DNA from: Sporopachydermia quercuum
Lineage: Eukaryota
Direction of reading: 5' to 3'
Assembly: GCA_001599295.1 (NCBI GenBank)
Contig: BCGN01000005.1
Span: forward strand, 62,001-126,000
DNA length: 64,000 nt
In this document: positions 9,183 through 22,900 of the stretch, piece after piece
Position numbering within the stretch: the first letter of the stretch is position 1
How the letters are laid out: each line of letters opens with the position of its first letter
Notes under the pieces: model-generated
Database searches by the model: none
Told to the model about the DNA's origin: nothing
The model's input: only the letters and a program-made list of their open reading frames with translations
Program-made: the position numbers and the translations under genes

Positions 9183-12035
9183 ATGAAGGTCGCATTTTTT
9201 GCCTGTCTTCTAGCTGCTGTGAACATCGCATTTGCAGCAATTCTAGGAATTGATCTAGGACAGGATTCCCTCAAAGCAGCCATTGTTGCGCCAGGATTAC
9301 CGTTTGAAGTAGTGTTATCACCAGATTCTAAACGTAAAGAGGCAAATGCAGTGGTGCTCAAACCATCGGTGATTTCTGGTATCACTGATTATAAATTTGA
9401 AAGAGTGTTTGGTTCTAGAGCTAAAGCATTATGTCCTAGATTTCCTGATACCTGTTATACAGGTTTCAAACCTTTGCTAGGACTGTCATTAGATACAGAT
9501 GACTCTAAGGAAGTGGATACAATTGTTCAGTATGGTAAATACCATCCTTCTGTTGAACTAGTAAGGGAGGACGGAAGAATTGCTTTCAAAAGTAACTATG
9601 GCAATTATACTATTGAAGAGTTATTGGCTATGGAAATACAGGACACTCATACTAGAGCATTAGCTACTTTGAAAAGTAATATCAGAGGTTATAACCTACT
9701 ACGAGATGTTGTAGTAACTATACCCCCTTTTTACACCTCTGCTGCAAGATATGCTGTTCAGGATACTGTTGAGATAGCTGGCTTGAAAGAAGTGAACATG
9801 GTGGATGATGGTGTTGCTGTAGCATTGAATTTCATACAATCCAAAAACTGGAATGAGCTGCTGAACGATAAAGAGCCACATCACCAGGTGGTTTTCGATA
9901 TGGGAAGCGGTTCTGCTGTTGCTACTTTGTTTTCCTATAGAGCTAGTGATGATGATTCTATTGTTATTGATATCCAAGGTGTTGGATACGATCAGTCGTT
10001 AGGTGGTGACTTATTAACTTACCGCATTCAAGAAATTCTTGCTGAAAATTTTTTAAAACAACATAGAGAATCAACTACTCATAAAAGTCCGAATTATATT
10101 TCCACTGAGAATTTCTATGCTAATAATAAAGCATTAACTAGACTATGGCTTGAATCAGAGAAAGTGAAACTAGTTCTTTCAGCTAATAACGAGGCATTTG
10201 TTTCTATTGAATCTTTGTTTAGCGATATAGATTTCAAAACAAAGATATCTAGGGCAGATTTTGAAGACAGTATTGAAGATATTGTTCCTAGATTACGGAA
10301 CGTGATTCTTGAGGCTGTTGATAAACAATTAGATCCTAGTAATAAAGTGTCATGGAACGATATTGAATCAATTATTCTCATGGGAGGCTCCACTAGAGTT
10401 CCATTTGTTCAGAAACAGATTTCCGACGTATTGAAAGGTGTCAATGCTCCTACTGTCATTGCTAAGAATATTAATACTGATGAAGCAGGTGTCATGGGAG
10501 CTACATTACGTGGTGTTGCTGTGTCTAAGATGTTCAAAGCAAAGAGCATCCAAGTAGTTGATAGAACATTAGTTGATTATTCTATTGAGTATTTGAATAA
10601 CACCAACAATGTGTCTTCTGTTGTGTTCCCAAGAGGGACACCTACTGGAAGCATACAGACACTCAATTTTACTATTCCTCAGGATAAACTTAGCAAATCT
10701 GCTGCAATCAATCCTTTATCTATTGATTTATATGAGAACAATAAACATATCGCCAAGTTTTCTGTTGGAGAGATCGACAAGCAATTGAAAAAACTGTTGA
10801 ACTCTTCTGCTTATGAACAAGCCAAGAATAAGGATATTACGGTAGAGGTGTCTCTCAAACTTGACTATGATAAGCTGGTTGTCGTTGATGAGGTCGTTGC
10901 TAGGATTGAAAAGCCTTCTGGTGGATTTCTTGGCAGATTACTAGGTAAATCTAATGATAATAAAGATTCAGAGGGAGCATCCAGCGAAGAATCAAACGGC
11001 AACGATGCTGAGGATGCTGGGGATGCTGAAGGTGAAACCACATCTACTTCCACAGCAACAGAATCAANTGCTTCAGGTATTACTACTCAAAAATTAACTG
11101 CTGATATCAAATATCTTCCCCATTCAGGACCACTTCCTAAAGCTGTTATTTTTGATTCTAAACAGAAACTACGTGATTTGGACAAGAAAGAACAAGAACG
11201 CATAGCAAGGGAAGAAGCCTTGAACGATTTAGAGAATTATATCTACAATCTACGTGATTACCTTGACTCGGATGAAATGTTACATGAGAAACTGGTGGAT
11301 GAGATCAATACAATCAAGAAAGCATTATCAGGGTTCACTGAATGGTTGGAAGATCACTCTGAAAGTGCGACTTTGAGAGAACTGCAAAAGAGAATCAGAG
11401 AATTATTAACGTTACATCAAAATGCGATTGCCAGAGCAAAAGAAGTACTACAGCCTGACAACTATCTAGAAGAGATGTTAGATGAGGCAGCGAACGTTCT
11501 TGCAAGTTTAGAACAAACGACGTTGAAAGCAAAGAAAGATGTGGCCAAATTTGAATCTGAGCTTGGCAAACAAGGATTGAGTCTAAAGGAGTTCAACGAT
11601 GTTACCAATGCCAAAGAAAGGTTCAAAGACGTTTTCATTGAGCTGGAATTTGTTGATCAGCTTATTGAAGAAACTGGAGTACAATTGGATGAGCTGAGAG
11701 CTTTAGTTCAAAGAATTATTGAAAAACAAAAGCAAGAAAGTGAACATAGCCATGACCACGGCTCTGAGCATGATCGTGATCATCAAGACGTAACAGACGA
11801 AGTACTGGACTCCGCTATTGAAAAGATATCCAAACTGATTGAGGAAGCAAAAAGTATGAAAGAAAAAGTATCTGCTTTCTATAAGTCTACGTACATTAGT
11901 AAGTCCAGAGGATATTTAAAGAGTTACATCAAAAAGAAAGCTGCACAACAGAAGGGAAAGCCAAAGGAGAAAGAAGCGAAGGAAGAAGCAAAAGAAGAAG
12001 AACAAGATGATCAAGTATCACACGATGAATTGTGA
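9183..12035 (+). CDS. LHS1: ER lumenal Hsp70/Grp170 nucleotide-exchange factor Lhs1, 950 aa
   Basis: Signal peptide, GIDLG, DMGSGS, MGGSTRVPFVQ, NINTDEAGVMGA, REEALNDLENYIY, C-terminal HDEL. Confidence 0.95.
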   Translation: MKVAFFACLLAAVNIAFAAILGIDLGQDSLKAAIVAPGLPFEVVLSPDSKRKEANAVVLKPSVISGITDYKFERVFGSRAKALCPRFPDTCYTGFKPLLGLSLDTDDSKEVDTIVQYGKYHPSVELVREDGRIAFKSNYGNYTIEELLAMEIQDTHTRALATLKSNIRGYNLLRDVVVTIPPFYTSAARYAVQDTVEIAGLKEVNMVDDGVAVALNFIQSKNWNELLNDKEPHHQVVFDMGSGSAVATLFSYRASDDDSIVIDIQGVGYDQSLGGDLLTYRIQEILAENFLKQHRESTTHKSPNYISTENFYANNKALTRLWLESEKVKLVLSANNEAFVSIESLFSDIDFKTKISRADFEDSIEDIVPRLRNVILEAVDKQLDPSNKVSWNDIESIILMGGSTRVPFVQKQISDVLKGVNAPTVIAKNINTDEAGVMGATLRGVAVSKMFKAKSIQVVDRTLVDYSIEYLNNTNNVSSVVFPRGTPTGSIQTLNFTIPQDKLSKSAAINPLSIDLYENNKHIAKFSVGEIDKQLKKLLNSSAYEQAKNKDITVEVSLKLDYDKLVVVDEVVARIEKPSGGFLGRLLGKSNDNKDSEGASSEESNGNDAEDAGDAEGETTSTSTATESXASGITTQKLTADIKYLPHSGPLPKAVIFDSKQKLRDLDKKEQERIAREEALNDLENYIYNLRDYLDSDEMLHEKLVDEINTIKKALSGFTEWLEDHSESATLRELQKRIRELLTLHQNAIARAKEVLQPDNYLEEMLDEAANVLASLEQTTLKAKKDVAKFESELGKQGLSLKEFNDVTNAKERFKDVFIELEFVDQLIEETGVQLDELRALVQRIIEKQKQESEHSHDHGSEHDRDHQDVTDEVLDSAIEKISKLIEEAKSMKEKVSAFYKSTYISKSRGYLKSYIKKKAAQQKGKPKEKEAKEEAKEEEQDDQVSHDEL

Positions 12036-12829
12036 TGCAATTTAACTGATTTGTAAGTAAATTTGTATAGAAGTTTTGTTTGGTTGATAACAAACGTGAT
12101 AAATAGGAGTAATAGTTCAATTTGTTGAGATAAATAATAAGGTTTGTATATCATGCAATATCTATGCAATAATGGAAATAAGGTTGAACTTATGCCATGC
12201 CGAACCAAGCATTTACCAGAGCACCTTGCTGGCTGAACTTTTCATTTGCTTAAAGAGACCATAATTCTTTAGACTCCTTTTCGGTTACTATTCTCTACCT
12301 TTATTCATGTCATTTTCACCGGCAAATTATGATATATAATATATAATTCAACTCTCACAGAATCTTTCCTTTCCTATCCTTTTCATCACCCGTCCACGGT
12401 TCAATCTTGATGCTCTTCACCGCCACTTCACGTCTCCTTTCTACACTTTGTCTCAGATACCTTTCTTAGAGCTTCCTGTTTTCGCTGGCTCACAAACGTT
12501 TACTCTCTGGCAATTTCTCAACAGCTCTTTCCAATCAGCGATCATATTCGAGCAATCATCAGTTGATTCTGTTTACTGTGGATGTTTACATTTGGCTTCC
12601 AAGTAGTTAAAAGGTTTAAAAGATACTTTAGAACCCCAAAACCGTAGCTGCAAAACATAGCTAGCCGCTGCTTTGTACATCACAAAACGGTTTCACTGAT
12701 AGGTACTTGATCTGCATTCGTTATTCTTTGATTATAAATATTAATGAAATACTAACTGCTAACGCTTGATCGACTGTTATTTGATTTCCAAAGCACTTTC
12801 CTCAATTGACTATATCATACTTGCTTGAA

Positions 12830-14821
12830 ATGGCTGACAATGAGACCATCAAACCAACCAGTGTTCCCAATGATGGAGAGCAAGCTAAGAAGAAGAAACG
12901 TCCTAGAAAAAGAAAACCAAAAGCTTCAGTTGTTGCGTCAACTAACGGAAATGCTGATTTTTCAGAAAATAATGGAAACGATGCTGTTTCCGGCGGTAGC
13001 AAAGAAAATAATGATTCCAATGGCAAATCCGGTAAAACTCGTAGCTCCAGATCATCTAATAAGACCTCTAACAGCCCTAAAAGCTCTAACCACAGATTCT
13101 CAAAGAAGGAAACGTACATAGTCTCATTGATCCGCCATTATAAACCAGAAACAATAAATGGAGTGAAAATCAACTATTTGGATATTCCAGCAAACGAAAA
13201 TTCAATTAATTCGCTTGCTTCTTATGGTATAGAATTCAGATCTGATATTGATTACTCTTTCAGTATAAGAATGAAACCAAGTGATCCAGAATTCCCATAC
13301 GAATTAGACACGCTGCACTTCCAATTGCTCCTTCCGGGCAGTTGCGAGTTAGTAAATAAAGCTCCTTTCAATCTGGTCGATTTACTGATCAATCAAGCTA
13401 ATAAATTCCTTAGTGGTGCTCATGATATACAGCTTAATAGTACTACTTACAGTGCGAAAAGAATAAAAGGTATAAGGAAAGACCTAGTAATCCCGAAGCT
13501 AGTCTCAAGAGTAAACAGCTTCCAACAGAACTTATTTGATCCCATCAGCCTACCAAGAATTGTTGTCCTCAATGATAATATACCTAAAGGGTTCTCTGCT
13601 AATATTGAGCTAGGATTCAAGCAGCTGGCTAAGGAAGTAATCATCAGTAAGGTGTTTTATCCCGGAAACGTATCGCCTGATGATAGAAACGCAGTGTTTG
13701 AATTCATCCGGATGATAGAAAACTATCTGAACTCGAATTCGCAAGCTGATTTAAAGGCTAATGATGATTTTATATCATTTCAGCGTCAAGACTTAGAATA
13801 TTTGAATGCTTTATATAATGCGATATTTTTCAACTCTCGGAAGTCACGTGGGAGGTCGTGTAGCGCCGGTGAATGTTTCATTTTGAAAGACATGATTGAT
13901 TTGTTGAATCAAAGGCTAGAAGAGTTTTTATCAAGAAAGGAAAGCAGGACCATTAAAATAGTTACTAGGAAGAAAGGCAAAGGCGAGAAGGAAAAGCGGG
14001 ATAATGAACAGCAGGAGAATAATAATAGCAACGGCAAAAATGACAGCGTTATCTATAACAATAATCAACCAGATGAAAGTAGTAACATAACCAATCTTCG
14101 GGTTCCTAGAACAAGTCGGTTGGTTCCTCCTGCTACAGATGAATCAAGAGAAATATTACATAGTGAATTAAGGATTTTAAGAAGCAGATTGAAAATGACT
14201 TTGTTTAAAGATGATTATAAAGCATATGTGTATCGTGTGAAGTTCAAGTATATTTCAAACAACAGTGCTAATACTGAATTGTCTCTGATAACTCCTAATG
14301 ATGATGTGAATTTAATAATAACTAATGAGTCAAGGTTTCATGATAAGGATTTTTTACTGCACTATGTTAGTTCACATGAAATAACATTTGATTTGCGCAT
14401 ACCAAAGAATTATAATCTTGTTCCATGCCAAATATTCATACCATTACATCAGTTTGAAAGCTTGGGAATTGAAGAGGAAATCAGAAAGATAATCNTTGAC
14501 AAAGTACAAGCTATTGAGACCAACTTCAACTCAAAGGTTCTGAGTAAAAGATTTTTTGCTGCCAATAAACATAAGAGGGTTGGGGATTCTGATGCCAGCG
14601 GAGAGGAAACTGTCGACGAAGCGGTCCGCAACCTTGAGGAAGAGTTTGTTTATCTGTTTGATCATAACGAGGAGAGTAGGAAAGAAACCGCCGATACTGC
14701 AGGTTATTTCTCATTGCTTGCCCAAGTGAATTTCTTGGCTGAGAATGTAACACTTTTAGCATTGAAGAAGAGCGAATTCACTAAAATGATGAGTTTCTAC
14801 ATTTTTGATAGTTATCATTAG
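12830..14821 (+). CDS. Conserved uncharacterised fungal protein with RWD/UBC-like segments; first ATG 12830, about 663 aa
   Basis: Long ORF. Motifs MKPSDPEFPYELDTLHFQLLLP, IVVLNDNIPKGFSANIELGF and LRIPKNYNLVPCQI resemble, from memory, the fungal family of S. pombe C18H10.09. Basic NLS-like KKKKRPRKRK. Confidence 0.75.
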   Translation: MADNETIKPTSVPNDGEQAKKKKRPRKRKPKASVVASTNGNADFSENNGNDAVSGGSKENNDSNGKSGKTRSSRSSNKTSNSPKSSNHRFSKKETYIVSLIRHYKPETINGVKINYLDIPANENSINSLASYGIEFRSDIDYSFSIRMKPSDPEFPYELDTLHFQLLLPGSCELVNKAPFNLVDLLINQANKFLSGAHDIQLNSTTYSAKRIKGIRKDLVIPKLVSRVNSFQQNLFDPISLPRIVVLNDNIPKGFSANIELGFKQLAKEVIISKVFYPGNVSPDDRNAVFEFIRMIENYLNSNSQADLKANDDFISFQRQDLEYLNALYNAIFFNSRKSRGRSCSAGECFILKDMIDLLNQRLEEFLSRKESRTIKIVTRKKGKGEKEKRDNEQQENNNSNGKNDSVIYNNNQPDESSNITNLRVPRTSRLVPPATDESREILHSELRILRSRLKMTLFKDDYKAYVYRVKFKYISNNSANTELSLITPNDDVNLIITNESRFHDKDFLLHYVSSHEITFDLRIPKNYNLVPCQIFIPLHQFESLGIEEEIRKIIXDKVQAIETNFNSKVLSKRFFAANKHKRVGDSDASGEETVDEAVRNLEEEFVYLFDHNEESRKETADTAGYFSLLAQVNFLAENVTLLALKKSEFTKMMSFYIFDSYH

Positions 14822-16901
14822 AGATGAAGAGCAATTAGTGATAACTGGCAGATACAAGTAGTTAATGAGCTGGATAACATGACGTTGGTTTCATTTATGA
14901 ACTTCTATTTCAATTCCCGATGGGATTTGATCNTAACTTGTACTGTGAACATCTACTTATACACGCATATGACCAAAATATGGAGTAGTTGTTGAGACTA
15001 CATATGCATATGGGCAACATTATATATATCTTACTGCAATGAATACACAGTTTAAGAAATATACATTAACTATAGTTCTAAACTTCTAGAAGGAATGGAT
15101 GAATCAATTATATTCTATACATATGAGAGAGGCACTCTACTGTTCTTTCTTCTAAGCACTAAATGACACTTTACCGAAATGATGATACTTTGCCTATCAT
15201 TGCTAAATGAAGGCTGGATAGAGTAAATTTATGTTCATTGTGTTAAAGTTTGAATGAAATTAAACTTTATTCCTATATTGGGTCCATTTACGAAGCTTTA
15301 TGCATCATAGCTCAAATCTTAAATGTTTAGCGAAATATTCCGCTTTAATTCGGTGTCGATGGAAGATTCCTACAGATCCTTGATATCAAGATCTGAATAA
15401 ATGTAGTTAAACTTTTACTAATGATGAGATTTCGTTCATGACCTGTTGTACTTGCAAATATAAAGTCGGATGGCTAGGATCAATTATCAATTATCGTGCA
15501 CAAAGAACGCAATAGCCTTAATAGTCTCAGTTTCAGCATTTACAGGAATGCCCTTCGAACATTAGAGTTTGGATGTATGAAAGGTTGAGAGAATACTCTG
15601 AATAAAAAACTGGTTGATTTTCTAGTATTCCCATTCTTCGATATTGGTGAAAGAATAATAAATAAACCAAACGTCTTAGTTTGGGTCCATGCAAGCTTTT
15701 TTTCAGTGTTGATGGAATATGTATGAAATAGGGTAAATCTTTTGGCTTTATAAGCATTATGCTGGTTTTAGTCAAGTTTCACTAGTCTTAAACCTAACAC
15801 TTTTAGCTTTGGGGGTATATGTACTGTGCATACACATGCATTTATGAATAAATAAATTAGCTATAGCTCCTTCGTTCCTTGCAGAAGAAAGTTGCTATAA
15901 TAGCAAACTATATACTATTAGTTGGCTTACACAGCTTCGATAGTTTTATCACCTTCTTCGATTGCTGTTTTCAATTATTCAGTACCACAAAATTATCCAC
16001 TCTTACTTGGGCTGCTGCATAAATGTGCAAATCTCATGCATTAGTGAGGTATCGCTTAGAACCATGCCTATTCTCAATTTACTTATTGAGAAGCCAATCT
16101 TTGCATTTCTGTCGCTAAAAGCAACTGACTATCAATCAACTTTACATTGTATACCTATTCATTTTTATTATAAAACCTGTTCAATTACTACTTTACTTTT
16201 TCTCTCTTTGTCCCATTCTTTCCATTCCTGAAACTTAAAAACCAACTTCAACTTTAATCTTAACCTTATTTTCACTCGCTATTTGTGGAAACTTTATTCG
16301 AACAAATATTCACTTCTTACACTTATTCTTTTCTGCCTTCTTCCCTTCCTTTGAATGGTTGAATATCCTCATTGAAACAATAGCAAAAAAGCAACGGGAT
16401 TTATTTGAAAACAAAAAAATCATCAAGCATAATCAATTAATGATCAGTATGAAATTTCTGGAATTTGCAGTGTTGATTCCATTGGTTCATTACTAGCACT
16501 CAGCATCAATTGATTTGTCTTTGGTGCGGGAAGTAAGCTGGCGAATACTGCTATCATCATTATTCATCAATTCAATTCAATTTAATTCAATAATTGCTAA
16601 TATTGTCGACAAGTACTATGTGTATTACCATTGTTCCTTGTCGATCTACTGATATTGATGGGTATATTCAGTTTCATGATTTCTGCTACAACTGATCTTA
16701 TCATCAAAGAGCACTACCTAATTACATCTACTTGTACTTGATCTCTTGTTCACTAGTGGAGCTATAGAAGGGTATTAATTATTGCTAGTATAAAAAACAC
16801 TTTTTTCGGTTAATAATCGTTGTTTTTTGCCTGGGTTATCGGGAAATTAGTATTCACACCAAATACTATTCACTATTCTTGCCCTCATTACTATTCTTAC
16901 T

Positions 16902-19900
16902 ATGGAACAATCAAATGACTTAGGTAGCTTAAAGAAAGAACTGGTAGATTCTTTTGAAATTTTGTTGGCAACCGTTGAACCTGATGAAAAATCTATTAGA
17001 AACGTCCAATATGTGAATAATATCATAAGTGGTGTCAATAGCACATCTAGTTTGGGATCTGATGCTGTTACTAACAACAAAGAGAATAGTGAAGAGGAAG
17101 AAGGAACTGGTAATAGTGATAGTTTAACTAGTAGTGAAGAAAACAAGGAGAAAATATTCAATAGTATTCCAAGAAATCCTAATGAGAAAAGTCCAAGTGT
17201 TACTAACGAGAATACTAGAGCTAGATCTTCCTCTCTTCGTAATGAGTTCTCTAAAAGCTTGGTTGATGCAGCATTCACATATGACAACTACAGATCACCA
17301 GAAAAACCAAATAAATGGCCAGATAACAGGAATGAACCTTTAACACCAAAAACCCCTCCCAGAAGATCTACTAGTGGTAGAAATTTAGCTACTTTTACTA
17401 ATACCACGCCTATTCCTAAACCTATGAGATTAGCTCCTAGTCTTATAAAGGTAAGCCCTTTTAAAGGGAAGGTCAGTCCTTTGAGATTATCACCAAATAA
17501 AGATTCAATGGCATCACCAACAAAACCTCCTGGAGAGGAAAATGTTCTCGTTGCTGTGCGGTACGAAGAAATGTCTTCGTCACACGAAGAACCAATAGTG
17601 GTCATGAAACTGCCGAAGGTAAATAGTAAAGAAGCTACTATTGGTAAGCAGAATCAGAACTCTACGACAGGAAAAAAATCCAGCACAGGAATTACAGCAG
17701 GTGCCCCAAGTTCTAGTGCCAAACGACGGGCTAAAGATCCCCATATTGACACTCAATTTGTTGCCCTGTCCTATGATTCAGTGTCAAAAGCAACGAACAA
17801 GCCTTTGATTGTTGATCAGTTACCACTAAATGAGCCGGTGAATAATTCAAATAGCAATAAAGCGGGCCCGGCTTCCAATAGTAATAAATCGAAGAGGAAC
17901 TCATTTATAGTGCCAGATATTTTACCATCTGCTAGTACAGCCAATATCAGCACCCCAACGACTCCTAGAACACCTTCGGATAGCACATTTTCATTATCAT
18001 CGCCAATAAGAAGCAATACATGGGATACAGGTACAACAACTACTACTGCCAGCACTGCCAACAACACTGGCTTTCAAATGCATCATCGTAGAGGTTCTTC
18101 TATAGCCGAAAATAATTCAATTAGTGGAAAAGAGTACTGTAGAAGCAGTAGTAATGTCAGTATAGATGGTAGGGCGTCTATTATTTCCAATGGTTCCAGC
18201 AGTACAGTGGGCTCAAAAGCCAGTGGAAATAGTAATTCTGGTGTCCCAACGGGCGGTTCTGGTACAGGATTTAGCATAGGATTTGGTGGTTCGCCTGGCA
18301 AAGGAAACAGCTCGCGTTTGGTGTCTAGCAAAGGTAAACGGAAATCAATTATCGCTGCTGCGAATTCTATTGTTTCTCCAATTAGAAAGCGGAAGGGAAC
18401 AAATAATGATAACATCAGTAACAGTAATAATAATATTGTGAATACTGTTAATTCTAGCACAGCTTCTAGTACTAGTTCCTCCGCTAGTATAGTATCTACG
18501 ACAGGTGTAACACTCAGCACTATACATTCTTTTACAGGATCTCCTTACACTTCGTCCCCTGTGCCCAACAGAGGCCCTTTCAAACAATCTGCTAGAGCGT
18601 CAAAAGCTATCAAATCAGTGAAACAATCCAATAAAAGCTCTAAAGCTGCTAAATCAACTTCACGGCATTTACCTGAATGGTATGTCAGAAAATTGATCAA
18701 CAATACACTCACCGTGAAACAGTACCATTCCCTTTTTTACCATTTAAATCATGAATCAAATTTCCAATGGAATCTGCAATTCATACAAGCGCAAGGGCAA
18801 ATGGCATTGGCCAAAGTGTTGATGTCATTATTGGTACTGAAGTTCAAAAACAATGACCAGCTAGAAGAGGAGCTGTGTATAATGAAATGTTTGAAAGCTA
18901 CTGTGAATTTACAACAGGGAGCTGATTTCGCATTAGGTATAAAAGGAAATGGTGATAATAGTCTTCCCACTGGTACTTTAGGTACTTCACTCTCTCCTAC
19001 AGAAACAAGAACTCCTGCAACAACTTCAGCTTCTCTGGTTCCTTCAGCTCCTTCTACGCCGAACATAATTATATCTTCTGTTGCAGCAGCTTTGGTCTCC
19101 CCAAGGTTTGAGATCTGTCTCTATGCTACAGAAATTCTAACCTTTCTCTGCTATTGGAAATCACCTCTTGGTCAATTAACCGTCCGAAATGCAATAGAAA
19201 GACTTACCATTACCTATCGTTTACTGTCTGATAACACCAGCGCACATCCTGCTACCCGTCCTATGTCTGTCATATCGAGTTTCGAGCCATGGTTGAAAGC
19301 TGTCGAACAGTTTCTTCGCTCAAGAGGTGTCCTTGGTTCATTGGTTAACAGCAGCAAAGAGTATCGTGATCTAGGTAACTTACGGCAAGAGGAATTGACT
19401 GAATACATTCTTACAACTATGTTTCTGGTCACAGCTTTGACTGCTAGACCAAATGGTGATCCTGGTAGTGATGATATTAGTCTCCTGAAAGAACGGTTGA
19501 TGGTCCGATCAGCCTTAAAAGCAGGCGGATTGGAACGAGTCCTTATGCTGACAAAGGAGTTGGGTAACGACTTGATAAACAAGCAAATCGGTTTATACGA
19601 GGAAGGCTCCATGCAGGATTTGGTTGAATTATTGAAAGGAAATGGGCATCTTGAAGCAGAAGAAGAAGGAGATGAAGAAGAGTTGGAGCTAGAAGGATCT
19701 GAGGATAAAGAAACTTTTGGCTATGATGACTCTAGCATATATGAGAGTTTGTATGAATTATCTGGTACAGCAAACGGTCTCCGCAGAGAAATAATATCTT
19801 CTCCTACAGGGAATACTGTTTCTTCTCCGCCAGTTCTTATTGCTGAAAGAGCCTCTGCAACAGAAGGCACTAAAGCCCATATGAGATCACATTCCAAGCC

Positions 19901-22900
19901 TCTTTCAGTCTCAGGTTCTTCTATTAAACCTCCTGCAATTTCAAACGATTCTCTCACGAATCCTGTTGCTATTGTTGAAGAGATTTTGAGTAAAACACAG
20001 TATACAATTTATAAGCAGCAGTTTATTGCTTGTTTATATCAGTTTTTCATTATGGCCAATGAATTAACAGCCAGNAATACTACTAGTGCTACTAGTAGCA
20101 CTGGTGGTAANAACGGTAAATCATTTGAAGCTATTGAATTGATACTCAGTCAAATGACATCAGATATGATAAAGTACTCATCAATAATGAAATATAACAA
20201 CAATTCTAATCATTTCGATCAAATACCTGGTACTATTGGCTATACTATTAACAAGGTAATAGCTCAACTAGAGAAAAATAGCAATAGTAAGGATAACATT
20301 AATAATGCTACTGCCAGTGCTAAAGCTGATGTTAATAGTGCAAATAACATAACTGTTTTCAATGGTCGAATTGAAATAATGGAAAAAGAGATAAAAGAGC
20401 TGGAAAAACAAAGGGAAGAACTAATTGATTATTTATGCAGGAAAAGTAAGAATATCAACAACAACAATGCAATTGTTGATGCTTATGCTGATGATATGTT
20501 TATCAATAAGCTTAAGCTTGGCAGAAGTAAAAACGGTTATTCTAACGATAGTTTTGGTGATAGTAACATGAATGGGCATAGTAGATATGATGCACAATCT
20601 ATAATGGAAGGCAATTTTGAGTCTATTGACAGTTATAAAGGACTGATAGATACTATTGATGATTATACTAATAATGCTAATAATGAGAATAATGTTGCTT
20701 CTTCTAGTGTTTCATCACTAGTTCCTTTCCTTATTGAAAGATTAAATATTTATAAAGCAAAAGTCTCAGCATTGACTGAAACAGTCAAACAGTTGCAGGG
20801 AAAAGTAAACTCCCAGATGAATTTTGACGACAGTAATATTAGTGCTGTTAATAGTGCTACTAGCACTATGAATCCTGATGGTTCAAACACTTTTTCTTCA
20901 ATATCTGATTATGGTGGGACTATTATTTATGAGAAGAATGCGGAAGATATGACTGTTTACTACGATCGGAGCTTTGAAGCTAATTTAATAGATGCTGACT
21001 ATACAAATGAAGGAAAGGCAGCCAATTATGACCATCAGGACAGTAATTATGCTAGCAATTATACCAATTATCATCAAAGGGTTCTTCCTGATGATTGGCT
21101 GAATAGCTTGAGAAGCAATACAGATAAGGATAATAGGGATAGTCCTAGTGGTTCTATTAATACTACTGCTGATGATAGTACTAAGGATGGTAAGCTTAAG
21201 AGCAGATCAACTACCCTGCTGACTTCAACAACACCTTCTTTGAAGTATCCTGATAGTATTACTGGTGTACCAGATATAAACAACGGAAATCTTGCATCAA
21301 CAGAACCTCTTCAGTTGAAAGAAGGTATCATCAAAACTTCAGGCATTGATTTGATGAATACGTCTGCAATATCATTGACTGATTTTATTAATTCAACGAT
21401 AGTATCAACGCCAACGAGCCCTTTGATTACTAGCGGCGGTAAAGCTGGTACTGGTGGTGCTTTTCCTGTTGATTATGATCGTGATGGTGGTAATGATGAT
21501 GTGTTATTGACGAGTACTCCTCCTGATTCGCCTGTAGAAGGAAGTATTGAAGGTGGCGAAAGGGATTCTGTAGTTGGGGAAGGAAAAAAAGCTGAGACTG
21601 AAATTGAGCATAGTAAATCTGAGGTCTCTGTTGGAGGCTCTGTTGGAGATACGACTGCCACGGAACTGAATTCTCAGACTGTTCCCCCACCGCCTCCTCC
21701 CCCTCCTCTCCCTCCTCCACCAGCTCCTCCATTACCTCCAGCTCTGCCAGGCCAGACTGGTATGCCTCTTCCTCCATCACCGCCACCACTGCCTCCAGCA
21801 TTTTCCAATGGTTCTTCTGGTGAAGCTATGTCTTCAGCTGCTCCTTCCACCTTCACTCAAATGATCCCTGTGCCATCCAAAAAACTCAAACAAATGCACT
21901 GGGACAAACTCCAGAACGTTTCAAACACTTTCTGGTCAGAAAATACTGACAAGGCTATAGAACTATCGAAAAAACTTGAAGAAAAAGGTATTTATAGCCA
22001 GTTAGAAGACTTATTCCCTGCTGCCGTTACCAACTCGGCAGGTATGGTATTTACACCTGGTGGTAATTATGCTACAGGTATAGTTAATACGGAATCTGCC
22101 TCAGGATCTAGTGCTGGAGGAAGAGTTGCTAGTGCAGGATCTGGTACACGATTGGCCTCAAGGTCTAATTCCACAACACTTAAACCAGTGCCTCCAGTGG
22201 TGATTTCTTTTCTCCCAAGAGATATTTGTCATCAATTTGGAATTAATTTCCATAAATACTCCAATATGGATATTGAAGAACTAATTAAGAAAATTTTACG
22301 ATGTGATAAAGATATTATTGAGAATGGGAATATTATGAAGTTCCTTTCCTCAGAGGAATTTGTCAATCTATCCATGAACCTGAAAAAGAAGTTTGAAAGT
22401 TTTGATAAGAATAAGAAACTTGCTACTGGTACGGGTGATNATGATATGAATATGAGTGATAGGAATACTACAGCAGAAGGAATANCTATTGTTATATCTC
22501 CTGAAAATGATCCTTCGTTACTTGACAGACCCGAAAGAGTATTTTTCGAGCTTTCATTCAAACTACAGCGTTACTGGAATTCCAGAGTCAGAAGTCTTCA
22601 AACGTTGATAACTTTTAATAATAACTATAAAGAGCTAACAGCTAGTTTGAACCAAATCAATAGAGCCATTGCTGCATTAAACGATTCATCTAACTTCAGG
22701 TCACTGCTGACTTTAATTCTGACAATGGGAAATTACATGAACGATAGTAACAAGAGATCGGTTGGGTTCAAACTTGATACACTCCAGAGGCTTACATATG
22801 TTAAAGCAAGAACGAATAATAGGAATAATAATCGTGACGGCAGCAGCAGTATCAATAACAATAGTAATGGTGGTAGCAGTAATATATCTACTGCAAGTGC

